Positions 11,772 to 24,280 of a stretch of DNA of 64,000 bases are shown piece after piece. The position numbers and the translations under genes are program-made. Numbering within the stretch: the stretch's first letter is position 1; every line of letters starts with the position of its first letter. The stretch comes from Octopus vulgaris (Eukaryota): the NCBI GenBank assembly GCA_951406725.2, contig OX597817.1, positions 162,688,001 through 162,752,000 on the forward strand, given 5' to 3'. Below the pieces are notes generated by a model, which did no database searches, was not told the DNA's origin, and saw nothing but the letters and a program-made list of their open reading frames with translations.

Positions 11772-12271
11772 ATCATAAATGTATTCACACAGGAAAGAAG
11801 ATATCACTGTGTGATACTATATTGCTATTACATATTTTACATCACCAAAGCTATATCTACATTGGCGTAATTATATATTGTGATATTTTAAATATTTTCC
11901 AGATTTTTGGCTACCTTACCTTGTTAAGCCCCTCCTCTCCATAAAGGATGAAAGACACTTCTAACCAAATGGGTTTTGTATGTTTGGTTAACAAGTCTAC
12001 TATCAGAGTGGAATTAATGGAGTGCTTTGAACATAGTCATAGAGTGAGAGCTGCTAAAACTTTGAATTTTTGGAAAATTGTTCCCCTAGAGTTTAAGTTT
12101 TTGGTTGTGTTTTTAAAAAATTTTTGACTGCTAATTTTTCAAAGACACCAAAGTTAAAACAATTAATTCTAACTGATTTTAAAACACTTTAGGGTGGAGA
12201 TGAGAAAAACAACCTTTCAAAATGCAGGCCTCCAAAATAGGGGATTAGTTCATACAATGAACTGCTTGCAT

Positions 12272-12651
12272 ATCTCTCTTTTACTTGTTTCAGTCATTTG
12301 ACTGGAGCACCACCTTTAATTGAGCAACTCGACCCCGGGACTTATTCTTTTGTAAGCCCAGTACTTATTCTATCGGTCTCTTTTGCCGAACCGCTAAGTA
12401 ACGGGGACATAAACACACCAGCATCAGTTGTCAAGCAATGCTAGGGGGACAAACACACATACGCATATATATATATATATATACATATATACGACGGGCT
12501 TCTTTCAGTTTCCGTCTACCAAATCCACTCACAAGGCTTTGGTCGGCCCGAGGCTATAGTAGAAGACACTTGCCCAAGGTGCCACGCAGTGGGACTGAAC
12601 CCGGAACTATGTGGTTGGTAAACAAGCTACTTACCACACAGCCACTCCTCC
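12272..12651 (-). mobile_element. tRNA-derived SINE, family B
   Basis: Minus-strand head GGAGTGGCTGTGTGGTAAG...GGTTCAGTCCC, central (TA)n; homologous copies at 22845-23195, 38250-38411, 56642-57020 and 61623-62001. Confidence 0.9.
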
Positions 12652-13179
12652 TATGTAGAGAAGAACCTTCAAATATTTCACTATTAAATAGCACCCTCTT
12701 TGTACTAATTGTTTAATCAAATTATAAGGATAATTTCTTGAATTTCTAATTACTGACCCTTGTTATCCTTAATTTTGTTTTTTCTAATGCAAGACTAGCA
12801 TTCTGTTATGTTTTATTTCTACTTCTTGGTTTATTTATTTTTTCCTTTCAACTTTCTTCTTTTTATTTTTCCTCCTTGTACTTCTCCAATCCTTGATATT
12901 AGCCTTCCTATTATTGATTTTGTACTCATTACTATTTTTATTTATGAATATGTCTATTTACTTCCTGTAGGATATATTTGATTTGGTTTTCTTGAATTAT
13001 ATTTGTTTTGCCTCATCTTAAAAATGTTGCTTTATATCACTTTATTGGCTTCAGTGATCTTTTAAATTTATTTCTAGCTAACCTAAATAACTAGCTGCCC
13101 ATGTGTATTGAGGTACTCTTTTTGCATTTTTCATCCTCCACAGTAGAAATATTAAGGCCACTTCCCCTGCTGAAAAGGA

Positions 13180-13430
13180 TTGGCCTGCAAGAGGTGTGTG
13201 CCAGTGCCACATAAAAAGTACTCGTGCCAGTGTCACTTGGAAGTACTCATCTGGTGTCACATTAAAAGCATGCAGCACACACTAAAGTGGTTGGTATTAA
13301 TGATGGCATATAGCCATAGAAACCAAACCAAATCAGACTGGAACCTGGTGCAGCTCTCTTGCTTGCCAGCTCTGGTCAAACCATCCAACCCATGCCAGCA
13401 TGGAAAACACATTAAAGGATGATGATGATG
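13180..13430 (+). mobile_element. Diverged RTE 3'-end fragment
   Basis: gtcaaaccatccaacccatgccagcatggaa...gatgatgatgatg tail. Confidence 0.7.
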
Positions 13431-13450
13431 CCTACTGGGTTCACTTAAGT

Positions 13451-13678
13451 TTAACCCTTTCGTTACCAACCCGGCTGAAACCGGCTCTGGCTCTGAGTAC
13501 AAATGTCTTGTTTTCATAAGTTTTGAATTAAAATCTTCCACCAAACCTTAGTCACAATTTATGTTCCTATCACTAGCTTAATGATAACTAAGTTATTTTT
13601 CTAAATTCTTTGTTATATTTAAAGTAATCGAAAGAAACACAGAACACCTCAAAATAAATACAGTAATGAAAGGGTTAA
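13451..13678. mobile_element. TTAA-flanked piggyBac-like MITE
   Basis: TTAA|CCCTTTCGTTAC ... GTAATGAAAGGG|TTAA; copies at 16110-16665 (interrupted) and 49491-49719. Confidence 0.85.
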
Positions 13679-14296
13679 ATACCAAATTGGCTTTCTTTAG
13701 CATACATTTCTTCTTAGCTTTGTATCTTTTTGCATTCCTTCTTGATTTCAGTGGTTTTGCTATATTGTTAATAAATTCTCAGTTCTCATGAGATTTGTGC
13801 CTGTGTGGGTTGCCTTGCAAACAATATGTTTGCATAATTTTGTATTATATTTGAATAAACAACCTATCCAATTTGGACCTATTTGTATATTGTACTTCTT
13901 GTTATATCTAAAAATGCTTATGTAATAGAAACACATGTTGGCTTTTGTATAATGTAAACCTGAATTAAAGATGTGTTATTCTTTATTCTTGTATTTGTCT
14001 TGTAATATATTTTGGAATTTTTAAAAATTCTTTTAAGTGAACTTTGGATTTACTTATTGCACTGGAAGTGTTACCAAGGATGTAAATTCTATTTGGATTT
14101 ATTATGTCTCCAGTTGTTTGACACAGCCAAGTTTGCATAGCAACCAAGTGTTTACAAGATATCTGCCTGAATTTATAAATACCTATTACCTGGTAGTATA
14201 TATATATATGTGTATGCGTATATGATATTTGTTCATATTTATATTAAATTGTACGTGTATCCTGTTTCATGTATTAATATTTTTAAAATTCTTTAT

Positions 14297-14437
14297 AATC
14301 TCTGATGAGGCCTATAATTATATATATATAAGTACCCTATTTTTAAATGCCTACAACCTCAATATGATTGACAACTATAGGCACTGGGGAAAAAAAAAAA
14401 CTACTTTTATCCATAGGCTGAAACAGCTGTAAGGAAT
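14297..14437 (+). ncRNA. Type I hammerhead ribozyme motif (Penelope-like), plus strand
   Basis: CTGATGA at 14302-14308, 7-bp stem II GGCCTAT/ATAGGCT, GAAAC-AGCT-GTA at 14420-14431; stem I is weak. Confidence 0.55.
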
Positions 14438-14859
14438 GATTTAATGATTTCAATAATTTATATTATGATTTTTATAATTGTATTCTTATCTTATATGTAT
14501 TGAATTATAATGTATATATGTATGCTATTAAGGTTCTCATTTTGTTAAATGAATAAATAAGTCAACATTCTAATATCCGAAAGCTGATGAACCAACTAGA
14601 TTGTTTCTCCATTTTCTTATTTGTAATATATATATATATGAGAGAGAGAGAGAGAACAATAAGAAAATGGAGGGGATCAATAGGTGGTATTCATCAATTT
14701 TAGACATTATATTATGTCAATTTATCTATTTATTTACTAAAATGACAATTACAACAAAATACATACATGTACTCATATAACATATTATGCTTTACATATA
14801 TAATATATATATATATATATTATTAATATATAACATACAGGAATAGAAATTAGGAAAAT

Positions 14860-14983
14860 ATCTTACAGCTGTTTCAGCCAAGAGGCAAAAATACCACATT
14901 CTACCTTTATCACTCCAGTAGACTGAAGTAATTAGCAGATGAAATTGAGGTGCTTGAGTGTTTCTCTAGGCTTCATCAGAGAT
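14860..14983 (-). ncRNA. Type I hammerhead ribozyme motif (Penelope-like), minus strand
   Basis: Minus strand reads ATCT-CTGATGA-AGCC...GGCT-GAAAC-AGCT-GTA-AGAT; stems I and II are complementary and stem III is palindromic. Confidence 0.65.
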
Positions 14984-15337
14984 TTTAGAAAGTACATGAG
15001 GTTAAGTTATAAATACACATATGTATATACTTATACATACACACACACACACACACACATATATGTAATCCTGCAGTTAATTGTTCTTCTCTATGGTAAG
15101 ACAGAGAATCATCTTGCCAGTCCTCATATTATTACTCCTTTTAAAATATATGAAAGAAATTTAGTTAAATTTTATTTCTTTAAATTTTTCTTTTTATAAT
15201 AGTCTTTAATGTTCATATATAGGTGACATTTTCATCTAGTTTTGTCCATATATATGTATATAAATAATTATATATGTATGTATATATACATATGTATGTA
15301 TAGACATAATATATATTTGTGTCTGTATATACACAGA

Positions 15338-15550
15338 TACAAGGGTGTGCTGAAAAGTTCCTGGCTTTAAGGGTATTTTGAAAGACCTGGTTGTAGGCCT
15401 GACCTTCTGAGTTTTTCACAGAGCTTAGTAAACTGAAGGACTGCTGCAATAAGTGTGTGAATCTGGGATATGAATATGTTGAATAAAATCATAATTAACT
15501 GATCCTCCTGTATTTTCTTTTACCCAAAGCCAGGAACTTTTCTGCACCCC
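15338..15550. mobile_element. mariner-like MITE
   Basis: TIRs (ta)caagggtgtgctgaaaagttcctggcttt / aaagccaggaacttttctgcaccc. Confidence 0.7.
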
Positions 15551-16109
15551 ACCCCCTCGTGTGTGTATGTATATATATATAGAGAGAGAGACAGAGAGAA
15601 TTATCTCTGTCTATGCCCCAAAAGCAGGCCTGCCAAATGAATAGTAGGACCACTTTTATGATATCCTTCTGCAGGCTACCTAAAAGACAAGTGACAATGA
15701 TCTCATCTTCATGGCAGGGGATTTCAATGGGCATGTCAGACAGCCGCCCGGTATCTTCCATGGTGTACATGGGGGCCAGAGGATTGGTTCCCAAAACAAA
15801 GAGGGAACAAGGTTACTGGAGTTCTGTCATGCAAATAACCTATTGATCTGCAACACCAACTTCAGGAAGCCAGTCACCTGATAACCTACCAATCAAGTGA
15901 CTGTGCTAGCCAGATTGATTGCATTCTCACCAGACAGTGGGATGCATGGTTGCTCTTAAATACAAAGATCCTCCCTGGTGAAGAATGTACCCACTAGCGT
16001 AGACTAGTCGTTAGTGACTTTAGACTGCAAGCCAAATGGATGCCAAAAACCAGACCAATCTGAAAAAGAAGGATTTGGAAGCTTAAGGATCCTTCATATG
16101 GTTAGAGAT

Positions 16110-16665
16110 ATAACCCTTGTGTTACTAGCCTGGCTGAAACTGGCTCTGTAGTAGAAATGTCTTGTTTTCATAAGTTTTAAATTTAAATCTTCCACCAAAT
16201 CTTAGTTGTAATTTATGTTCCTAACACTCGGAGACTCCCTTCGGTCACGACACAGACCATGGGATTGCACCTAGAAAGTTACCCTCCTAGACACAAGTCT
16301 GGGCGAGGTTGTTTATGGAAGACCAGCAGTCGCCCATGCATACCAGCCTCCCCTCTCCACACCACCAGTCTTATCCAAGGGAAAGACAAAGGTCGATACA
16401 GCTTGGCACCAGTGACGTCGCAACTCATTTCTACATCTGAGACAGCTGAGTGAACTGGAACAACGTGAAATAAAGTGCCTTGCTCAAGAACACAACACGC
16501 AGCCCGGTCCGGGATTTGAGCTCACAACCTCACGATCGTAAGCTCGATGCTCTAACCACTGAGCTTGATGATAACTAAGTTATTTTACTAAATTCTTTGT
16601 TATATTTAAAATAATTGAAAGAAATACAGAATATTTCAAAATAAATACAGTAACAAAATGGTTAA
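16110..16665. mobile_element. piggyBac-like MITE inside the RTE, itself split by a SINE
   Basis: The two halves match 13451-13678 and join at aacact^agctt. Confidence 0.8.
16229..16563 (-). mobile_element. tRNA-derived SINE, family A
   Basis: Reverse complement of 1401-1735. Confidence 0.9.
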
Positions 16666-19137
16666 GGACATCCTAATTAGAAATTTGATAAGTGGGAGGA
16701 AGAGGAGTTACAGACTTGTGATATAGAGGGCAACAGGGAATTCCTGCAGGACAGCTTGCTGAGTGCCACAGACCAAATCTGCTGTTGGTGCAAAATCCCA
16801 TCGAAACATAGGGTGACATGGTGGTGGAACAATGCTGTAGACAGGGCCATTAGAGTAAAGAAACAGGCCTGGAAGAGTGGGAGTAGCAGTTAACTGTATC
16901 AGACAGCCAGAAGGGAAATTAGGAGACAAGTATATCTAACCAAGGAAGAAGCAGAAAAGAAATTTGCCTATATTCAGTGACTTGAGGACCAATTGCTTGG
17001 AATGTTTTGGATTGCTAGACAGTGTGTAAGAGAAAATCATGATGTCATTAGAGAGAAATGTGTGCATGTGGATGATGGTGTACTTGCTTTTAAAGATTCT
17101 GTGAAGAAGCTTGGAAATGCCATTATGAAAGACTACTGGAGAATGAAAGTTTGCCAAATGTTGACCCAATTGAGGGATCAGCTATCCAAATCGACAGAAC
17201 CTGGGTAGATAAAGCAATTAAGGATATGAAGACAGGGAAAGCCCCTGGCCCATCAGGGATCACCACTGAGATGCTTAAAATATCTGGTGGTATTGGTTAT
17301 AGTCTAGTCACCTGTATCGTAAATCAGGTGGTTCACAAAGGAGTCATACCCAATGACTGGTGTAGCAGCACCATAGTCAAGTTCCACAAAGGTAAAGGTG
17401 ATGCCTCAGATAGAAATAATTACAGAGGTATCAAATTGTTGGATCAGGTGATGAAAGTTACAAAGAGAGTCATAGCCCAACTAATTAGGGAGAGGTTTAG
17501 TCGAGAAGAGATGCAGTTTGGTTTTGTGCTGGGGAGAAGCACCACTGATGCTATGTTTCTGGTAAAGCAGCTGTAGGAGAAATACATAGGCAAAAATAAA
17601 CATCTATCTGATGGTCAAATCAGAAACTAGAGATAGACGAGTGGTTGGTGAGAGCCATGTAAAGGGACGCTAACAGTAAGGTGAGGATTGGTAAGGACTA
17701 CAGTGAAGAATTTAGGTGCAAGTAGTTCACCAAGGATTGGTCCTCAGCCCCCTCTTGTTCATCATAGTCCTCGAGGCAATAACAGAGGAATTTAAGACAG
17801 GCTGCTCCCGGGAGCTCCTCTGTGCTGATAATTTTGTTCTTAGAGCTGAATCACTGCCAGAACTAAAGAAGAAATTTCAGGTATGGAAGCAAGGTCTAGA
17901 ATTGGAGAGCCTTAGAGTTAACCTAGCAAAAACCAAAGTCTTAATAAGTAGGAAACAAATCACAAATCCCTTCAGGTAGATGGCCCTACTCTATATGTAG
18001 AAAAGGTGTAGGTAGAAACTCCATAAAATGTTCCCAGTGTATGCTATGGATACATAAGAGATGCAGCAATATCAAAGGAAGATGCACAGGTAAAATATAC
18101 ACAGAAAATAGACTCCATCAACTGCTAGTGGTAGATAACTACCATTATCTAGGTGACTAAATTAGTAGCAGAGGTGGATACTCTGAGAGCGTAGCTGTGA
18201 GAATAAGATTTGGTTGAGCAAAGTTCAGAGAGCCTCTACCTCTCCTGGCAACAAAGAGCCTCTCCCTTAGAGTCAAAGGCAAATTGTATGATGCCTGTGT
18301 GCGAACAGCTATGCTATACGGCAGTGAAACATGGGCTGTGACAGCCAAGGGTATGCATAGGCTTGAAAGAAATGAAGCCAGTATGCTTTAGTGAATGTGC
18401 AATGTCATGCTTGTTCGACAGAGTGTAAGCATCTTGAGAGAAAAGTTAGGCATAAGAGGCATCAGATGTGCTGTTCAAGAGAGATGACTGTGCTGGTATG
18501 GTCATGTGATACATATGGAAGAGTACAGCTGTGAAAAGAAGTGCCAATCTCTAATTGTGGAGAAAATCTGTGGTAGAGGTAGACCTAGGAAAACATAGGA
18601 TGAGGTGGTGAAGCATGATCTTCGAACTTTGGGCAATGAGTAGTGACTGAAATCTCTGGCACTGTGCTGTGCTTCAGAAGACCTGTCAAGACAAGTGAAA
18701 TCATAACTGTGGCTGATGCTGGTGTCTCATAACTGGCATGTAAAAAGCACTTTGCCGCCATGAGGCATTGGGTCTCATGGAGGCAAAGTGGTTGATACTA
18801 GCGACACATGAAAAGCACCTTTTGAGTGTTGAGCCTCAAGGAGATAAAGACCAAGAGTTTTGCATTATGTCGTGCTTGAGAAGAAGAGCCATCAATACAA
18901 GTAAAATCGCAGCCGTGACAGATACTAGTGTCATACAAATGGCACCTGTGCCGGTGGTATGTAGAAGCACCTATTACACTCTTGAAGTAATTAGCGTTAA
19001 TATACTTAATAGTATATGCTCTCTGACACTTCACTACCATCTTGACTTCTCCTTCTAGATCCCCACCATTTCCAGTTCCTCAAAACCATCCTTCTAAAAT
19101 GTTTTGTAGCCATATACATTCTTTACAACAATGAACT

Positions 19138-19659
19138 TGTAGTGACCTCATATTCCAGTGTGCGCACACGCAACGTCATTCTTCAGTGTGCGTGTGCGGA
19201 ACGTCCTTCTTCAGTGTGCGTGTGCGGGGTTGGAACCTTCTAGAAAGGCATAAGGAAGTTCCCTCATGCACATGCGCTAGAGACTGAAGAAGAAATTCTA
19301 TCGCGTTCCTTAATAGTGTCGGGGACTTGAGACACGGCGATAGAAGAGAAAGGACGTATTTTGAAACCTGTGATCAGCCTATTCTCCTGTCCCAGACGCT
19401 TAGGATTTGACCTGTTCTGTTGCTGCTGAATTGTTGTAAGAAACTTACAAACATTAGAATTCAGCCTTGCTGTGTTGAACTAGGTGGATACCAGCATACC
19501 ATCGTGCTTGATTGTTGAATAAGAGAATAAAGAATTATATATATTTTTAAACTTGCGTTTCGTTCCTGACTGGTAGTTTCTAGAAACAAAAAGAAAGGCA
19601 ATTGTGTTGCACCCAAGTTGCACCCCAAAAGTGTAAAGAAGCAACCAGTTCCCTTTACA
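19138..19659 (+). mobile_element. Solo LTR (gypsy-type)
   Basis: TGTA...TACA termini, 4-bp TSD AACT on both sides (19134-19137 and 19660-19663), internal AATAAA near 19526. Confidence 0.8.
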
Positions 19660-19789
19660 AACTTATTTCTGTCTCTTCTATAAACTTTAACATTTTGATA
19701 TCTTTTGTAAAACTACATGTATCTCTACTATACTCACACCCAGTTACAGTGTCTTCTTACTCTTGCTACTTGTGATGATTTTCCAAATG

Positions 19790-20025
19790 TCTCTCTCTCT
19801 ATCCGCTCAGTCGAAGTCGACTCTCGGTTACTCGATAGATCAGTGTCCTCCAGCCAGTTCTATCCTGGGTCGCTTCTTTCAGTTTGGCTATGTCCAGTCC
19901 CGAATCACTCTTGATGGTGTCAAGCCAGCGGGTTCTTGGTTAGCCTCTTCCTCTCTTGCCACTGACCATTCCGAGCATGATGTCCTTCTCCAGGGATGTA
20001 GATGTCCTGAAAATGTCACTCAGTA
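19790..20025 (-). mobile_element. RTE/BovB-like LINE 3' end
   Basis: Minus strand reads SLEKDIMLGMVSGKRGRG*PRTRWLDTIKSD...ATQDRTGWR. Confidence 0.75.
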
Positions 20026-20029
20026 CAAT

Positions 20030-20620
20030 CTTTCAATTGGAAGGGAATAAATAGTCTTACAAACCATGCTGAAACCAAGTCTTTGGAACAAGAAGTAGTC
20101 CTTTATCCTGTTGGATCTTATTGAGCTGCTGAACACATTCTCCAACATTTTACATTGCAGGAAGCAGTAAAACGTAGCCAGAAACAGCTATGCCATACAG
20201 GGCACAGGAATGGAGTCTTCTGGGAGTGTTCAGTAGACCTCCCCGGATCAACAAAACAGCCAGAAATGATCAGGAAGAATAGCTTGAGGCAGGATATCAT
20301 ATTCCATTCCAGTTCATCAAAGCAACTAATTTTGATTGAACTTTGTGCAGTTTAAAAGTTGAATAGAAGCACATGTGTTCAAGACTGAAAAATATGTCAG
20401 TCTGACCAACAGCCAGCCAAATCTTGGGTCAAAGTTCTCACCATAGAGGTTGGAGCCAGAGGTTTTGTGGGCAAATCTGCTTATGATCTAATGAAACAAG
20501 TCTCAGTGTTTGGGAAGAATAGGACCAAAGCCCTAAAGCAAAGAGGTGTTCCAGCCGGATCTAGCTGAGGAGGAACAAGAGCAACCTACATACCATTTGA
20601 AGGCAATAGTTCTACAACTT
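20030..20620 (+). mobile_element. Decayed restriction-like endonuclease region of an R2/HERO-like non-LTR element
   Basis: LRQDIIFHSSSSKQLILIEL and downstream IEVGARGFVG motifs. Confidence 0.65.
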
Positions 20621-22114
20621 AATACTAAGGGAAGTAACTCTGAGTGAGTCATTGTGATAGTGCTGCCATTTCACCTCTACCATGACAACCAACGTTATCT
20701 CCTTATATAAGATTAAAAGCTGATTCAACTGAGTGGAGTTGCAGCTAGATGAAATCTCCAATATCCAAGTAGCTAAAAAGTGTCAGCAGAAGGGCCTCAA
20801 GGAGTCATGACTTGGATGTGGCCCGGACCCATTAGAGTGTAAAAATTGAAGGGCCAAAACACATGAGGGGTTTTCTTCTCTGAAGACTTGCTATTCGGCT
20901 CTAAGAGTTTCTCATCAGTTTCTAAAGTGAGAGTATATTGTATGAAATCTACTTTCACACTTTATTTGATATTAACTCAGTACATGCACTGTCCTCAGAT
21001 TGACACCCAAACACTCTGAAATGTTCTTATTGGTGCTTCCGGTGTGAATGCCAAGCAGTACAGCATGTTGTTTCCAAATTTCTGGCAGAGTGAATAGCAT
21101 TATGGTGCTATTTTTCTCACAAATGGTGCCCAACTGACCCTACTATACTGTATAGCTGACAAAATCAAAAACTGACAATGCGCATGCACAAAAGTATAAA
21201 ATTGAGACAATTTACCTATCGCACCGTGTATGTATGTATGTACGTACGTATGAATTAAGGTACCCATGATGCATTGGGTCACCTGAGTTTCCCAGCAACA
21301 GAGTTTGTTTCATGGGTTTTTTTTTTCCTTTCCAGGTTATTTTGCATGCTTTCAATGAATGTGACATTGAAATCACACGTAAATGGCTCCTTTCCACAGA
21401 AAAGGAAAGATTTGACTGCTATTTCTTGCACACCCTACTGTTACATGGTAGCAGGGTGTGCTAGAAATAGCCCTAGAGTTACGTGGTAGCAGGGCGTGCT
21501 AGAAATAGCAGCCAAATCTTTAGAGTTGGGATGCATTGAATGCACTCGAAAAAGTTTTTGTAATGGTATTCCCTTGGGGGCGATCTTTCGCTTTGACTCT
21601 CAGAACTGTAATCTGGATCAGCTGGTTTTGTTTTTTAATTTTCCCAAAAACATTTTTATTTATTTACTTTTGGTTTGAAGTGAAAGAGAGGAGAAGGTGA
21701 AAGATGTATGAACATGTGTGTGTGTCTGTGAGAGAGAGAGTGTGTGCCACTTACACATACGAGAACACACACAGTCATTCACTCACTCTCTCACACACAC
21801 ATGCATATGTACATAGAAAAAAGATGTACACATAAGTATGGATGTATGTATGTAAACATGACCACACACCCCTTCACTCACTCTCTTTTGTGCAACCATA
21901 TGCGTATTACATAATATATATAAAAGTACAAATTCACTCATAGATTCCCATAAAATTCAAGTTAAAATATAGAATAAATGCATATATGTTATATATGTAC
22001 AGATACTTGCACATATTCCCCATCTTTCTCCTGCTGTGAAGTTAGTAACTTAATTTAATATGTGATGGTTAAGAGACACTAGATTCTTCACTACAGGATG
22101 GAAATATCAGTAAT

Positions 22115-22535
22115 ATCATTATCATCATCGTTTAACGTCCACTTTCCATGCTAGCATGGGTTGGATGGTTCAACAGGGGTCTGGGAAGCCCGAAGGCTGC
22201 ACCAGGCCAGTCAGATCTGGTGGTGTTTCTACGGCTGGATGCCCTTCCTAACGCCAACCACTCCGTGAGTGTAGTGGGTGCTTTGTATGTGCCACCGACA
22301 CAGGTGCCAGACGAGGCTGGCAAACGGCCATGATCGGATGGTGTTTTTTACGTGCCACCGGCACGGAGGCCAGGCGAGGCTGGCAAACGGCCATGATCGG
22401 ATGGTGTTTGTTACGTGCCACCAGCACGGAGGCCAGTCGTTACGTGCCACCAGCACGGAGGCCACGTTCGGATGGTTCTCTTATGTGCCACTGGCACTGG
22501 TACCACAAACTACAAATTCCATTGATGTGGATCGA
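22115..22535 (-). mobile_element. RTE 3'-end copy with internal ~60-bp subrepeats
   Basis: Same family as 7728-8320 and 51126-52133. Confidence 0.85.
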
Positions 22536-22844
22536 ATATTAAAGATTATTTTTAAAAGAAAAAGTAAAATGATTAATATCAAATAAATGAGTTTAAAAAA
22601 TACATTTTATTTCTTTCAAATATCTTAATAGAAAAATATGGATTACAGGCAAGATATTTTTCTTATCATAAAGAACAATCAAGTGTAAGATTATATTTTT
22701 ATATATACACAATTTTATATTTATTTATTGATAACATAACAACTGTACAGGGGTATTATTATTGATCTCTGAGAACACATTTCAAAGCTAATTACCCATA
22801 TATTAATCAAGAGTACCTTCTCTCTGTCCCAGTAATATGGTATT

Positions 22845-23195
22845 CTTTTGTTTCAGTCATTTTACTGTGGCCATGCTGGAGCACCGTTTTTAGTCAAACA
22901 AATCAGCCCCAGCACTTATTCTTTGTAAGTCTAGTACTTATCCTATCAGTCTCTTATGCCAAATCTCTAAGTTACAAACACACCAACATCGGTTGTCAAG
23001 TGATGGTGGGGGTACAAACAGACACACAAATATAAACACAGACACAAATATAAACACACACACACATATATACCAAATCCACCCAAGGCTTTGGTTGGCC
23101 CGAGGCTATAGTAAAAGACACTTGCTCAAAGTACCACACAGTAGGACTGAACCCGGAACCATGTGGTTAGTAAGCAAGCTACTTACCACACAGCC
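22845..23195 (-). mobile_element. SINE family B (diverged)
   Basis: Homologous to 12272-12651. Confidence 0.8.
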
Positions 23196-23443
23196 ATGCT
23201 GGTTTATGGAATATATATAAAGTATGCTTTTATTTAAAAAATATTACAATAATACACCATGTCACCAATGGAGATATAGCTGTGGTAATATAAAATATAG
23301 CAACAGCAATTTGTTTTCACCTTGCTATATCTTCTTTCCAGCATGAATACATTTATAGTTTACAAGTTATTTTTTAAATATAATGAATTTTAACAAAGAG
23401 CATGTCTACAAATAAATTACATGTATCTCATGTAAGAGATTAT

Positions 23444-23785
23444 TCATCATCATCATCATCATCGTTTAACGTCCGCTTTCCATGCTAGCATGGGTTGGAC
23501 GGTTCAACTGGGGTCTGGGAAGCCCGAAGGCTGCACCAGGCCAGTCAGATGTGGCAGTGTTTCTACAGCTGGATGCCCTTCCTAACGCCAACCACTCCGA
23601 GAGTGTAGTGGGTGATTTTATGTGCCACCGACACAGGTGCCAGACGAGGCTGGCAGACGGCCACGCTCGGATGGTGTTTTTTATGTGCCACTGACACAGG
23701 TGCCAGACGAGGCTGGCAGACGGCCACGCTCGGATGGTGTTTTTTATGTGCCACCGACACAGGTGCCAGACGAGGCTGGCAGACA
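23444..23785 (-). mobile_element. RTE 3'-end copy with three ~60-bp subrepeats, in the ZNF2 3' region
   Basis: (cat)n cgtttaacgtccg head; ttttatgtgccacYgacacaggtgccagacgaggctggcagac occurs three times. Confidence 0.85.
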
Positions 23786-23904
23786 AAGAAGCAAACCAAG
23801 GAAGGGCAACTGGCTGGAAAACAATACATCAACAAGTAAACCACGAGAATCTGTTTTGTCCTGGCTTCATTGATTACTGTTAAATCCACAAGGTTAATTC
23901 ATGA

Positions 23905-24195
23905 CTTGGCAATAGCAGCGGACTCGTAGTCGAGGGATCGCAGGTTCGAATCTCACACTGGATGATGTGTGTGTTTATGAGTGAAACACCTAAGATCCAC
24001 GCGGCTCTGGCAGAAGGTAATGGCGAAACTTCTGCTGACTCTTTCGCCACAACTTTCTCCCACTCTTTCCTCCTGCATCTTGCAGCTCACCTGCGACGGA
24101 CCGACGTCCCGTCCAGGTGGGGAACCTATACGTCAAGAAACCGGAAACTGGCTCTTATGAGCCAGGAATGGCTCGAGAAGGAACAAAGAAAAGAA
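23905..24195 (+). mobile_element. tRNA-derived SINE, family C
   Basis: tRNA-like head with B box GGTTCGAATCT and A-rich tail; 3' part resembles 50500-50580. Confidence 0.7.
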
Positions 24196-24280
24196 ACAAA
24201 AAAAAAAATGACTTGGCAATGAAAATGATCTTGAACTGTTTGATATTGTTTTGAGTAGTAATCAATTCTGACAAAGATAG

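Larger units (their letters stand above)
15610..18975 (+). mobile_element. Decayed, nearly full-length RTE-clade LINE (APE endonuclease + RT) with a nested MITE and SINE
   Basis: AGDFNGHV and EGTRLLEFC (endonuclease); KTGKAPGPSG, NYRGIKLL, QFGF..GRSTTDA, HQGLVLSPLLF and LCADN (RT); LYGSETW and RGRPRK (C-terminus); many stops and frameshifts. Confidence 0.92.
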
